64,000 nucleotides of DNA, from the NCBI GenBank assembly GCA_964648105.1, contig CAZYMH010000004.1, forward strand, positions 70,083-134,082, read 5' to 3'. The stretch is from an uncultured Candidatus Saccharibacteria bacterium (lineage in GTDB: Bacteria; Patescibacteriota; Saccharimonadia; Saccharimonadales; 2-12-FULL-41-12). The notes beneath the pieces are model-generated. The model saw nothing but the letters and a program-made list of their open reading frames with translations, was not told the DNA's origin and ran no database searches. Positions 15,919-26,024 of the stretch are shown one piece after another. The translations under genes and the position numbers were made by a program. Position 1 is the first letter of the stretch; each line of letters begins with the position of its first letter.

Positions 15919-17142
15919 TTATTTAGAAATTAGGGCGAACGAATTTTTACCGCGTTTTATGAGGTTAAGGCCACTCAATAAATCGACATTTTCATCTGTT
16001 ATTTTGCGATTATTGACTTGAACCGCTCCACTACTAATAAATGTACGAGCTTGACTTTTCGAAGATGCTAAGCCCAAAACAACCAAATCTTGCAAAAAAT
16101 CATCAGAAACTGGCGAATTTGGTAGTTCGCTTGATAAAATAGCTCTAGACTCTTGATCCAGCTTCAAAAATTCTTGATTACCAAATAAGCCTTCTGTTGC
16201 TGCTACAACTGCCTTAGCTTTTACTTCACCATGAATTAACTTTGTAACTTCATAGGCTAAGTACTTTTGAGCTTTTCTTTCATGCTTCGATTGGTTAAAT
16301 TCTGCCATTAAATTATCAAGGTCTAACTTGTTTATCTCGGTATAAACTTTTATATAGTCCTCAATACCTTCGTCATCTAGGTTAAACCAAAATTGGTAAA
16401 ATTTATAAGGCGATGTCAATTTACTGTCTAGCCAAATTGCTCCGCCCTCGCTTTTGCCAAATTTTTTACCAGTTGTTTTGTCGATTATTAACGGAGTAGA
16501 GAAAACATGTACTTCTTGCCCGTTGTATCTCCTTACCAAGTCTACGCCTGCGATTGCATTTCCCCATTGATCTGCTCCACAGAGTTGAAGAGTCACACCT
16601 AATTTTTCATTTAAATGCAAAAAATCATAGGCTTGAATAAGTACATAGCTAAATTCTCCGTATGAGATACCTTGACCATCAGCACTTAGGCGTTTATGGA
16701 CAAAATCGCGTCCTAACATCTGTCTCATCGGTATGTGTCGACCAATATCGCGTAAAAAATCTAGATAATTAATGTTTTTAAACCATTCATAATTATCAAC
16801 AATTTCAAACTGTAGATCACCAAATATTTGACGATACTGACCAGCAATAGCTTGTTTATTAGCCGAAATTTCTTCAACTGATTTTTTGTCTCTTTCGCTT
16901 GTTTTACCATCTGGATCGCCAATCAAACCTGTCGCTCCACCAACTAGTAATGTTGCTTTATGGCCAGCTAAAATAAATTTACGCACCATCATCGCCGAAG
17001 CCAGGTTGCCAATAGTCATCGAACTGGCACTTGGGTCAACTCCAAAATAAAAATTAATTGGGTTGCCATCTATACCGCTAATATCTTTAAATGTTGTTTG
17101 ATTTACAAAACCTCGCCAGGCTAATTCTTCGGATAATTTCAT
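15919..17142 (-). CDS. tyrS: tyrosine--tRNA ligase
   Basis: TyrRS-like over its full length. KFGKS (the KMSKS equivalent), GADQWGN and a C-terminal S4 domain are present. The HIGH position reads TIGN. The start was moved to the ATG at 17142 (MKLSEEL). Confidence 0.9.
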   Translation of the reverse strand: MKLSEELAWRGFVNQTTFKDISGIDGNPINFYFGVDPSASSMTIGNLASAMMVRKFILAGHKATLLVGGATGLIGDPDGKTSERDKKSVEEISANKQAIAGQYRQIFGDLQFEIVDNYEWFKNINYLDFLRDIGRHIPMRQMLGRDFVHKRLSADGQGISYGEFSYVLIQAYDFLHLNEKLGVTLQLCGADQWGNAIAGVDLVRRYNGQEVHVFSTPLIIDKTTGKKFGKSEGGAIWLDSKLTSPYKFYQFWFNLDDEGIEDYIKVYTEINKLDLDNLMAEFNQSKHERKAQKYLAYEVTKLIHGEVKAKAVVAATEGLFGNQEFLKLDQESRAILSSELPNSPVSDDFLQDLVVLGLASSKSQARTFISSGAVQVNNRKITDENVDLLSGLNLIKRGKNSFALISK

Positions 17143-17230
17143 GATTTTTAGTATAACATGTCCTAATATGTAAATTACGCTCAAGAAAAATATTATTGTA
17201 ATTATGTTTTGATTAAAATATCATTTTTAA

Positions 17231-17239
17231 TGCTATAAT
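17231..17239 (+). promoter_or_regulatory. extended -10 element upstream of the PBP gene
   Basis: TGCTATAAT matches TGnTATAAT and lies about 60 nt upstream of the ATG at 17300. Confidence 0.4.
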
Positions 17240-17299
17240 CAATGTTAGTCGGAGAAAAAACGCTAGAATATTTGTTTTAGGAGTCACAGCCACAATTTT

Positions 17300-20200
17300 A
17301 TGAAAAAATATTTAGATAAATTCAAGAAAAAATCAAGTGGGCTTTATAGTCAAAGTCGCTCAGATTACACCACTAAAAGTGGCAATAAAATTAAACTTAA
17401 TCGGACCTTAAATGGCCGCATGAAGGCCAAACGCGACGAAAAATTAAGAGCCAAAGCCGCTTATCTGGCTACACTACCGCCGGGACGCATAAAACGGACC
17501 ATATACCGCATGCACCCGAAACGTGTTGCTCAATATTGGTTTAGCCGCAAAGGCGGCATTATGGCCTTAAAATTAGCTGGAGTCGGCATATTGGCGGTAT
17601 TTTTGCTTATCATCGGCGTTTTTGCATACTTCCGAAAAGATTTGCCTAATTTACGCGATATTTCTGGAAATAACATCGGTGGATCAATTACTTATTATGA
17701 CCGGACAGGCAAAGTTAAGCTTTGGGAAGATTATGATGCCGTCAAACGAAATCCTGTTCAAGGTAGGGACGTATCGCAGGATATAATGGAAGCAACAGTC
17801 GCAATCGAAGATCAGAATTTCTATAACCACGGTGGTTTCGATATGAAAGGTATTGCCCGAGCTGGTACCAGTAACTTACTCGGTAAAAGCGGTGGTACTC
17901 AAGGCGGCTCTACAATCACTCAGCAATTAGTTAAATTAACCCAAAATTGGACCAAAGATCAAACTTATACCCGTAAAGTAAAAGAATTAATATTAGCCGT
18001 TGAGTTAGAACGAACTTATTCCAAAAAAGAAATTTTGGCAGGTTATCTCGATACAGCACCATATAGCGACATAACTTATGGTGTCGAAGCAGCCATGCAA
18101 GACTATTTCAACAAACCATCTAGCCAGATCACCTTAGATGAGGCCGCTTTTTTAGCATCGATTCCTAAGTCACCGACCATTTATTCGCCCTATGGAGCTA
18201 ACTTCAAGAAAGAAATGTTACAAAATCGTCAAAGATACGTCCTTGACCTTATGGCTCAACAAGGTAAAATCACCGACAAAGAACGCGACGAAGCCAAAAA
18301 GGTTGATACGCTCGCAAAGATCAAGCCTCGCAAACCAAAATATGACGGTATTCAAGCTCCATATTTTGTATTAACTGCTAAAGAGAAGTTAGCTCAAATG
18401 CGTGGTGCCAACGCAGTATCGTTAGGTGGGCTTAAAGTAACGACGACACTTGATCTTGATAAACAAAAAATCGCCGAAGAAGAAGTTCAAAAAGGCTTGC
18501 GTCAAGTTCAACGCCAAGGTGGTGACACCATGGGGTTTGTCTCTGAGGATGTCAAGACTGGTCAAGTGGTTGCCTTAGTTGGTGGAGTTGACTTCAATAA
18601 TCCCGTGTACGGCCAAAATAATTATGCCCGAACTAAGTTACCGCCAGGGTCTAGCTTTAAGCCTTATGACTATTTGTCGGCAATCGAGAATACTGATAGT
18701 TTTGGGGCTGGAGCAGTACTGTACGATGTTCAAGAACCAATCGATGGCTATCCTTGTTCGAATAAAAACCGACCGAAAAGCGGTGGAAACTGCTTGTTTG
18801 ACTACGATTTCCGCTACCCAGGTCCCTTGACATTGCGTTATGCAATTGGTGGTTCACGTAATGTGCCAGCTGTTAAGGCAATGGCCATCGCAGGTGTTGA
18901 TAAAACAATCCAAACGGCTGAAAAAATTGGGCTTAAAGATACTGGCGATGATCGGATTCAGGGAATGGGTTATAAATGCTACAACGACGACGTATTAACC
19001 AGCGAAAAAGAGTGCGGAACTTCATCGGCTATTGGTGACGGTGCTTACCTAAAATTAGATGAACATGTCCATGCTTATGCTACTATTTCACGAAATGGTA
19101 AGTTAATTCCTCAGTCGTATATCTTGAAAATTGAAGATTCATCGGGTAAAACAGTCGAAGAATGGAAGCCTTCAGAAGGCAAACAAGCTGTTCGTGATGA
19201 AGCGGCTTATATTGTGGCTGATATGATGGAAGACCCAAATGCCAGTTATCTAGCCAGCAAACCACACCGTTATAAAGGACACAAGTTTGCGGTTAAAACT
19301 GGTACAACTAATGACTCTAAAGATGGTTGGATGATGGGCTATTCGACTCAATACGCCGCTGGTGTATGGGTAGGTTACCACGACCGAACCAAAGAAATGT
19401 CTGGATTTATGGAAAATATGACACAGCCTATTTGGCAAAGCTACATGCGTCGAGTTCATGATAATTTGAAGCCTGAAGAACGTGTCAAGCCAGCTGGTAT
19501 ACAATCATTGCCGTCTTATATTGTCCGGACTCATGTTGGCGTTAGTTCAGTTGAGCCAAGTCCTGCTAATGATCTATTCCCATCTTGGTACAAAAAGAAA
19601 GCCAGTGGATCAAAAGAGATCATCGATAAAGTATCAAACAAATTGGCAACTGCTTGTACGCCTGAGTTGGCCAAATTATCGGCTGGTAATGCCGTTGCTA
19701 GCCAGTTCTCGGCTGATAAATTCCACGGTGGTTCGGCGGCTTCGGCAAATACCAGCGAGAAAGATGATGTCCATAAATGTGAGGATGCCAAACCAAGTAT
19801 TAATGTGACTGTTAGCGGCAAACAAGTTGTGGCCACTGCCTCTCAAGGCACTCACCCACTATCGAGCAGTAAATTCCCTGGTACTATAAATATTAAAATC
19901 GATGGTCAGACCGTTCAGTCTTACCCAGTCTCCGACAGTCCTGCATCGGTTACTTATACAGCCACTGTTTTTGGTCCGCACAGTGTTTCAGCAGAAATCG
20001 TAGACAGCGTTTTGTATAGTGCAATCGATACTGTTTCGGCCGACTTTGGTCAAGACACCGCGACAGTTACACCTGCCAGTACTCTAACGGTCTCAGCCAA
20101 AAAAGTTGGTAGTAACACTAATATTTCGTGGAGTGGCGGAAATGGAACAGTTAATATCTTTAATCGAACCACGTCGAATCAACTCTCTTGCCCGAGTACT

Positions 20201-20302
20201 CCATCAGGAACGTGTACGGTGCCAGCTTCGCAGGCTCAGGTCGGACAAAAAATATATGGCAGTGACTCAAGCGGTAATTCACCAGACGCTACTGTTCAGT
20301 AA
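17300..20302 (+). CDS. class A penicillin-binding protein (glycosyltransferase + transpeptidase) with a long C-terminal extension
   Basis: GT51 motifs EDQNFYNHGG, GGSTITQQ and RKVKE. Transpeptidase motifs SSFKP, SRN and KTGTTND. An N-terminal TM helix is present. The last ~255 aa are Ser/Thr/Val-rich and beta-strand-like. Confidence 0.92.
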   Translation: MKKYLDKFKKKSSGLYSQSRSDYTTKSGNKIKLNRTLNGRMKAKRDEKLRAKAAYLATLPPGRIKRTIYRMHPKRVAQYWFSRKGGIMALKLAGVGILAVFLLIIGVFAYFRKDLPNLRDISGNNIGGSITYYDRTGKVKLWEDYDAVKRNPVQGRDVSQDIMEATVAIEDQNFYNHGGFDMKGIARAGTSNLLGKSGGTQGGSTITQQLVKLTQNWTKDQTYTRKVKELILAVELERTYSKKEILAGYLDTAPYSDITYGVEAAMQDYFNKPSSQITLDEAAFLASIPKSPTIYSPYGANFKKEMLQNRQRYVLDLMAQQGKITDKERDEAKKVDTLAKIKPRKPKYDGIQAPYFVLTAKEKLAQMRGANAVSLGGLKVTTTLDLDKQKIAEEEVQKGLRQVQRQGGDTMGFVSEDVKTGQVVALVGGVDFNNPVYGQNNYARTKLPPGSSFKPYDYLSAIENTDSFGAGAVLYDVQEPIDGYPCSNKNRPKSGGNCLFDYDFRYPGPLTLRYAIGGSRNVPAVKAMAIAGVDKTIQTAEKIGLKDTGDDRIQGMGYKCYNDDVLTSEKECGTSSAIGDGAYLKLDEHVHAYATISRNGKLIPQSYILKIEDSSGKTVEEWKPSEGKQAVRDEAAYIVADMMEDPNASYLASKPHRYKGHKFAVKTGTTNDSKDGWMMGYSTQYAAGVWVGYHDRTKEMSGFMENMTQPIWQSYMRRVHDNLKPEERVKPAGIQSLPSYIVRTHVGVSSVEPSPANDLFPSWYKKKASGSKEIIDKVSNKLATACTPELAKLSAGNAVASQFSADKFHGGSAASANTSEKDDVHKCEDAKPSINVTVSGKQVVATASQGTHPLSSSKFPGTINIKIDGQTVQSYPVSDSPASVTYTATVFGPHSVSAEIVDSVLYSAIDTVSADFGQDTATVTPASTLTVSAKKVGSNTNISWSGGNGTVNIFNRTTSNQLSCPSTPSGTCTVPASQAQVGQKIYGSDSSGNSPDATVQ

Positions 20303-20343
20303 ATTATTTATTGCTTATATTTGAAAGTTAGATAAATGATTGC

Positions 20344-21036
20344 TTACTTCTTATTTGCGTTTACTTTATTAGCAAAAATCATTTTACCAGCTTCGGTCTG
20401 AAACATTCGTGTGACATTGACTTCAACTTTTTTACCAACACTATTACCAGCTCCACTGACTACGACCATCGTACCGTCGTCAAGATAGCCAACACCTTGG
20501 TCTCGATTACTGCCTTTTTGTAATATTTTTATATTATGCCGCTCTCCAGGCAAGGCGTTAGGCCGTAAACTTTGAGCTAATTCATTGATATTTAGCACAT
20601 TTACTCCTTCGACCAAAGCGACTTTATTCAGGTTATAATCATTGGTGCATAAATAACAATTTTGATCACTGGCAAAAGCCACCAATTTATCATCGGTAGT
20701 TTTAATATTTGGATAATCTTTACTAGATAAAATCACGTGTGAACTAAGTTCTTCTTGAAGCAACTTAATAACATCGAGTCCATATCTTGCCCGCTCACGC
20801 TTATGGGAATCATTACTATCAGCTATTAATTGAAGCTCTGACACAATAAATTTTGGAATGATTAATTTACCAGGTAAAAAATTGGTCTTAGCGAGTTCTA
20901 ATATTCTGCCGTCGATAATTACGCTTGTGTCAAGCACAACATTTTGCTTATTTTTAGTAACTGGTTGTTTGTTTTTTTTGGAGATTAACATGATGATTGT
21001 TAGTAACAAAAGTATTTGAATTATATTTAAGTACAT
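20344..21036 (-). CDS. PIN/TRAM domain membrane protein (YacL-like)
   Basis: N-terminal TM helix, a PIN-like segment (VLDTSVIIDGR) and a C-terminal TRAM-like segment (GVGYLDDGTMVVV...VEVNVTRMFQT). Confidence 0.8.
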   Translation of the reverse strand: MYLNIIQILLLLTIIMLISKKNKQPVTKNKQNVVLDTSVIIDGRILELAKTNFLPGKLIIPKFIVSELQLIADSNDSHKRERARYGLDVIKLLQEELSSHVILSSKDYPNIKTTDDKLVAFASDQNCYLCTNDYNLNKVALVEGVNVLNINELAQSLRPNALPGERHNIKILQKGSNRDQGVGYLDDGTMVVVSGAGNSVGKKVEVNVTRMFQTEAGKMIFANKVNANKK

Positions 21037-21045
21037 ATTTTTCCT

Positions 21046-22398
21046 TTATATTTTTAAATAAGTATTTAAGGCCGTCCTGACATCAGGAACTGGCCTTAAA
21101 ATAGTGTTTTTAGCTGAGTTTTTTAATTTGGGACCAATGGCGGTATCAAAACCGAGTTTTTTCGCTTCGCTTAATCGTTTTTCGGCAAATGGCACATGTC
21201 TAACTTCGCCAGACAAACCAACTTCGCCGTAGACCACGACACCATCTTGAAGTTTCAATGCTTTGGCGGCCGAACCAATGGCCATACAAATTGCCAAATC
21301 TAGGCCTGGGTCATTAATTTTTATGCCTCCAACAATATTAATGTATATATCTTGATCGGCTAGATTTAACTTTGTCCGACGTTCTAACATGGCGATCAAC
21401 AAATTAACTCGATTTAACTCTACGCCACTAGCCGCCCGTTTTGGATAGCCATAACTAGTTTTATTGACCAAGGCTTGCACCTCAACCAACACTGGCCGAT
21501 TACCCTCGATTGTCGCAAGCACTATTGAACCATCAGTAATTTGACGCTCACTTAATAGGGCCTGCGAGGGATTATCGACATTAACTAGCCCATTATCGGC
21601 CATTTCAAAAATAGCTGATTCGTTAGTCGAACCATAGCGATTTTTAATACTTCGAAGAATTTTAAAGCCACCGTAACGGTCACCTTCTAGTTGCAAAACT
21701 GTATCTACAACATGTTCGAGGATTTTCGGCCCAGCAATTGTTCCTTCTTTATTTACATGCCCCACTAGCACTATCGCAACATTTGACGATTTAGCAAAAT
21801 TTATTAATAAATTGGCACAATTAGTGATTTGCGATACGGTTCCAGCGGCCGCAGTTACCATTTCGCTAACCATGGTTTGGATAGAATCAACGATTACCAA
21901 ATCATAATTACCCTCTTCGGCAGTTTTAACAATATCTTCAACTTTACTGCCTGCCGCCAAATCAACTTGCTGATTATCTACGCCTAGCCTTGCTGCTCGC
22001 ATAGCTACTTGTTGAGTTGACTCTTCGCCACTGACATACAAAACTTTATATTGTTTAGTAGTTAAACCTGAGGCAATCTGAAGGAGTAAAGTGCTTTTGC
22101 CGATACCTGGTTGGCCTGCAATCAAAACCACTCCGCCCTTAACAAAACCGCCACCTAAAACATCATCTATATTCATCATTCCAGTAATTAATCTTTTAGA
22201 ATCATCGCTATTTTTGGCAGTTTTGAGCTGTTTAACTTCTAATTTTGTGCCAGTTTTAGACTTTTTGTTGTTGCCAGTGACAATTACGGCTTCTTCGACT
22301 AATGTATTCCACTCGCCACAGCTACTACAACGTCCCGACCATGAGCCAAAGCTTGCTCCACAATTATTGCAAGTGAATCTAACGCTGTTTTTGGGCAT
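21046..22398 (-). CDS. radA: DNA repair protein RadA
   Basis: Zinc finger CNNCG..CSSCGEWNT, Walker A GQPGIGKST, the KNRYG motif, and a Lon-like C-terminal domain. Confidence 0.94.
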   Translation of the reverse strand: MPKNSVRFTCNNCGASFGSWSGRCSSCGEWNTLVEEAVIVTGNNKKSKTGTKLEVKQLKTAKNSDDSKRLITGMMNIDDVLGGGFVKGGVVLIAGQPGIGKSTLLLQIASGLTTKQYKVLYVSGEESTQQVAMRAARLGVDNQQVDLAAGSKVEDIVKTAEEGNYDLVIVDSIQTMVSEMVTAAAGTVSQITNCANLLINFAKSSNVAIVLVGHVNKEGTIAGPKILEHVVDTVLQLEGDRYGGFKILRSIKNRYGSTNESAIFEMADNGLVNVDNPSQALLSERQITDGSIVLATIEGNRPVLVEVQALVNKTSYGYPKRAASGVELNRVNLLIAMLERRTKLNLADQDIYINIVGGIKINDPGLDLAICMAIGSAAKALKLQDGVVVYGEVGLSGEVRHVPFAEKRLSEAKKLGFDTAIGPKLKNSAKNTILRPVPDVRTALNTYLKI

Positions 22399-22403
22399 AT
22401 TGT

Positions 22404-23384
22404 TTATTGTCCTTTCTCAAGCGGTGAGGCATCTACTTTTAGTTCATTATACAGATTGCTCTCGGCAGTAACCAAATTATTAATTTGCTCGACTTTTGAA
22501 TTGTATATACCTATATCACGTTTTCGGACTTCAACTAGTTGGTTATACTGACCAATTAAGGCGTTAAAACTACTCACACCGCTGTTATATTGATCAATTT
22601 GATTAGATTTTAATAACCTATCTAATCGAGTTCGCTCAGTTTCAATTTTGGACGATAACGATGATAATGTGGCTTCATTATTATCAAGATTAGTTTTCAT
22701 TGCCTTTAGGTCAGCTTCCAAAGTTTTTGTTTGAGCTTCGATATCGGTAAAAGTTTTTTCGTATTGTTCAGAAATATCAACAATTTTGGTTCGGTCAGTA
22801 AAATATTGTTTATAATAATCTTCTAGATTTTTTGGTAAATTCCTTACTTCACTACCCAAAATCGAATGCAATTCATTTGGCACAACTGATGGGTCATTTT
22901 TACGATAAGCTTCGATATTATCTTTAATACGTTGGTTATCTAAATTCTTAAATGCTTCCGCAGTCATACCGTCAACTCTAGCTTTTTCTGAGCTACTCAA
23001 TCTGTCGTACATGGCATGAAGAACTTCATGAGCAGCCGTAACTTCAGTCACACCACTGAGCTTTTGGTCATGAACGTTCAAAATAAAAATACCTTTATTA
23101 GACACAAAACAACCTAACACAATAGTTTGCTCTGCTCTTGGACAAGAATTTTTGAACTGGGCTTTTTCTTGAAAGTCTGGTTTATTGACATAAAAAACTT
23201 TACGCGTTTTGTCGGTCATTTTGGCATTATCGGCGGCCGAAACTACTTTAGCTGGAGGATTATAATTGTATAAAATTACATAATCTAATATTTTTCGGGT
23301 ATTAAACACGCCATAAATTATTAAACCAATCAAGCAAATAAATACTAAATTACTAGCAATCTTAAATATTTTTTTTGATTTCAT
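22404..23384 (-). CDS. membrane-anchored HExxH protein with a C-terminal coiled coil (326 aa)
   Basis: N-terminal TM helix (LVFICLIGLIIYGVF), HEVLH motif (TAAHEVLHAMY), and a long coiled-coil C-terminal third. Confidence 0.6.
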   Translation of the reverse strand: MKSKKIFKIASNLVFICLIGLIIYGVFNTRKILDYVILYNYNPPAKVVSAADNAKMTDKTRKVFYVNKPDFQEKAQFKNSCPRAEQTIVLGCFVSNKGIFILNVHDQKLSGVTEVTAAHEVLHAMYDRLSSSEKARVDGMTAEAFKNLDNQRIKDNIEAYRKNDPSVVPNELHSILGSEVRNLPKNLEDYYKQYFTDRTKIVDISEQYEKTFTDIEAQTKTLEADLKAMKTNLDNNEATLSSLSSKIETERTRLDRLLKSNQIDQYNSGVSSFNALIGQYNQLVEVRKRDIGIYNSKVEQINNLVTAESNLYNELKVDASPLEKGQ

Positions 23385-23450
23385 TTCTGATAATAATTAT
23401 ACATTACAATTATTTAGATTTTTTGGTGATGATGGGCGACTAAGGCTTGA

Positions 23451-25928
23451 TTATTTTTTTTCAGAACCTACAGAGTAAACAAGCTTACCAGATTTTAGGC
23501 CTACATCGATGATTGTGCCTGGAGTGTAGCGACCATCGAGCAATCCATCTGCAACTTCTTCTTCGATTGTTTCTTGCAAAACCCGCCTTAGTGGTCTTAC
23601 GCCATTTTTAACATCATAACCTTTTTCAACCAAAAAGTTTTTAGCCGACGAACTAACATTTATCATCAAGCCTGATTTTATTAATCGTTTAGATATTTGA
23701 GATAGTTGAATATCCAAAATACTACGTATTTCGACTTTAGTTAATGAATGAAAAACAATCATTTTATCAACTCGATTAAGTAACTCTGGTCTCATCATTT
23801 TTTGCAATGTCTCCAAAACCGATTGCTTGTTTTTTTCGTGTAAATCATCTAAATTATTGGCGTCTCGTTTAGTTTTTACTTCGAATCCTAATTTTGACTC
23901 TTTTTGGAGCTTTTCAGCTCCGATATTACTAGTCATAATTATAATTGTGTTCGAAAAGTCAATAATTCTTCCTTTACCATCTGTCAGCTGACCATCTTCC
24001 AAAATTTGTAACAATAGATTAAACACATCGGGGTGAGCTTTCTCAATTTCATCAAATAAAACTAAGCTATAAGGTTGACGCCTAACTTTGTCGGTCAATT
24101 GGCCACCGTCATCGTAACCGACATAGCCTGCCGTAGCTCCGACCAATCTAGAACTTGTATGTTTTTCGCCAAACTCGCTCATATCAATTTTGATCAAATT
24201 ATTTTCACTACCAAAAAACTCCCTAGCTAACACTTTGGCAAGTTCTGTCTTGCCAACACCTGTCGGACCAAGGAAAATAAATGAGCCACTTGGCCTTTTT
24301 GCGTCAGAAACACCACTTCGGCTTCTTCGTACAGCTTTGGCAATCGCCTCGATAGCTTCGCTTTGGCCAACAACTTGTTTAGATAGTTCTTTTTCGAGAT
24401 TTAATAAATGCTTAGCTTCACTTTTGATTACATTATTGACAGGAATTCCTGTAATCCGAGCAACAACTTTTGCTACATCATCGCTGCTTAAAGCAAGTTT
24501 TTCTTCATTTTTTTGATCGATTTGCATATCTGATAGCTTTTGGGCTAATTTTGAAGCCTCAGTTTTATAGTCGGCAGCCAGTTTATAATCTTCGGCAGCT
24601 GCAGCATCTTCGATCTTAATCTGTAAAATTTGTAAATCTTTTTGGGCTTTACGTAGCTCAGGAGAAGTTTTAGCTTTATCGACTCGTAAGTGAGCTGCCG
24701 CTTCATCAAGCAAATCGATAGCCTTATCAGGTAAAAATCGATCCCTGATGTATCTCGTTGCAAAACGTGCAGTATCTTCTAAAACTTCATCACTAATTTT
24801 GACATTATGGAATGACTCATAATGTTTTTTTAAGCCTTTCAAGATTTTTACAGTCTCTTCCTCTGTTGCTTCAGGGACCTGTATTGGCTGTAAACGACGC
24901 TCCAAGGCACCATCTTTTTCGATGTATTTTGTGTATTCACTAGTGGTTGTTGCTCCAATTAACTGAATTTTGCCCCTTGCTAAAGCAGGTTTCAAGATAT
25001 TGGCCGCATCCATAGCTCCTTCTGCCGCCCCAGCTCCAACTAGCAGATGTAATTCGTCAATAAATATAATAACTTGCTTATTAGACTCAAGTTCTTTCAT
25101 TAATTTTTTGAGTCTGTCTTCGAATTCACCGCGGTATTTTGTACCTGCTATCATTCCTGCTAAATCGAGTGTGTAGATTTTTTTGTCGAGCAATGTGCTT
25201 GGTACATCTTCAGATACGATCCGACTAGCTAAACCTTCGACGATTGCCGTTTTGCCGACACCTGGCTCACCAATTAAAACAGGGTTATTCTTGGTGCGAC
25301 GACTCAAAATTGTTACAACTCGCCGAATCTGGGTTTCACGGCCGATTACTGGGTCAAGTTTGCCTGCTCTAGCCTGAGCAGTTAAATCAATACCAAATGA
25401 GTCCAAAATGCTATTTTTGGATTTTTTAACTTTATTTAATATCTCGACACCACCATGACCACTCTCGTTTTGGCGTGCAACTATTTTTTCAATTTCGTGC
25501 AACAAAATTGCTACATCAACATCCATTTCTTTGAGAATCTCGATGGCCCGACCATTTTTCTGACTAAGTAAACTGAGCAAGATATGTTCGGTACCACAAA
25601 AATCTTGGCCATATTCTTTAGATATTTCATAGGCCATTCTAAGAGTAAGTTTAGCGACTTCACTTAAACCCTTTGCTTCATAAACAGGAATTGGTTTTGT
25701 CGACGTGTTAAGTATATTGCGAGCTTTCGTCAGCGTTACTCCAGATCCTTCTAAAATTTTTGATCCGACCGATGAATCTTGAGCCAAAATACCTAATAAA
25801 ATATGCTCGGTACCAACGTAAGGATTACCTGTACCGCGGGCAATTGAATCTGCATTACGCAGAGCCATCAAGGCATTATTAGTTAAATGATTCAAAAATT
25901 CTTGGAAATCAGGCGAAATTGGATTCAT
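23451..25928 (-). CDS. clpC: ATP-dependent Clp protease ATP-binding subunit ClpC
   Basis: 825 aa with duplicated Clp_N repeats, two AAA+ modules (GEPGVGKTA and GPTGVGKTE), and a short UVR-like linker. Confidence 0.92.
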   Translation of the reverse strand: MNPISPDFQEFLNHLTNNALMALRNADSIARGTGNPYVGTEHILLGILAQDSSVGSKILEGSGVTLTKARNILNTSTKPIPVYEAKGLSEVAKLTLRMAYEISKEYGQDFCGTEHILLSLLSQKNGRAIEILKEMDVDVAILLHEIEKIVARQNESGHGGVEILNKVKKSKNSILDSFGIDLTAQARAGKLDPVIGRETQIRRVVTILSRRTKNNPVLIGEPGVGKTAIVEGLASRIVSEDVPSTLLDKKIYTLDLAGMIAGTKYRGEFEDRLKKLMKELESNKQVIIFIDELHLLVGAGAAEGAMDAANILKPALARGKIQLIGATTTSEYTKYIEKDGALERRLQPIQVPEATEEETVKILKGLKKHYESFHNVKISDEVLEDTARFATRYIRDRFLPDKAIDLLDEAAAHLRVDKAKTSPELRKAQKDLQILQIKIEDAAAAEDYKLAADYKTEASKLAQKLSDMQIDQKNEEKLALSSDDVAKVVARITGIPVNNVIKSEAKHLLNLEKELSKQVVGQSEAIEAIAKAVRRSRSGVSDAKRPSGSFIFLGPTGVGKTELAKVLAREFFGSENNLIKIDMSEFGEKHTSSRLVGATAGYVGYDDGGQLTDKVRRQPYSLVLFDEIEKAHPDVFNLLLQILEDGQLTDGKGRIIDFSNTIIIMTSNIGAEKLQKESKLGFEVKTKRDANNLDDLHEKNKQSVLETLQKMMRPELLNRVDKMIVFHSLTKVEIRSILDIQLSQISKRLIKSGLMINVSSSAKNFLVEKGYDVKNGVRPLRRVLQETIEEEVADGLLDGRYTPGTIIDVGLKSGKLVYSVGSEKK

Positions 25929-25970
25929 ACTTTACCACACTTTCTAGTGAATTATTGTCCACTAGTACCA

Positions 25971-26012
25971 ATAATAAAGCAATAATTAGCACTCGTCAAC
26001 TTAGAGTGCCAA
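25971..26012 (-). promoter_or_regulatory. CIRCE-like operator overlapping a candidate clpC promoter
   Basis: TTAGCACTC-GTCAACTTA-GAGTGCCAA at 25986-26012 (17/18 arm positions match the consensus). On the minus strand, TTGACG (25999-25994), a 17-nt spacer and TATTAT (25976-25971) show the same geometry as at clpP. Confidence 0.7.
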
Positions 26013-26024
26013 CTTAATCTTTTT

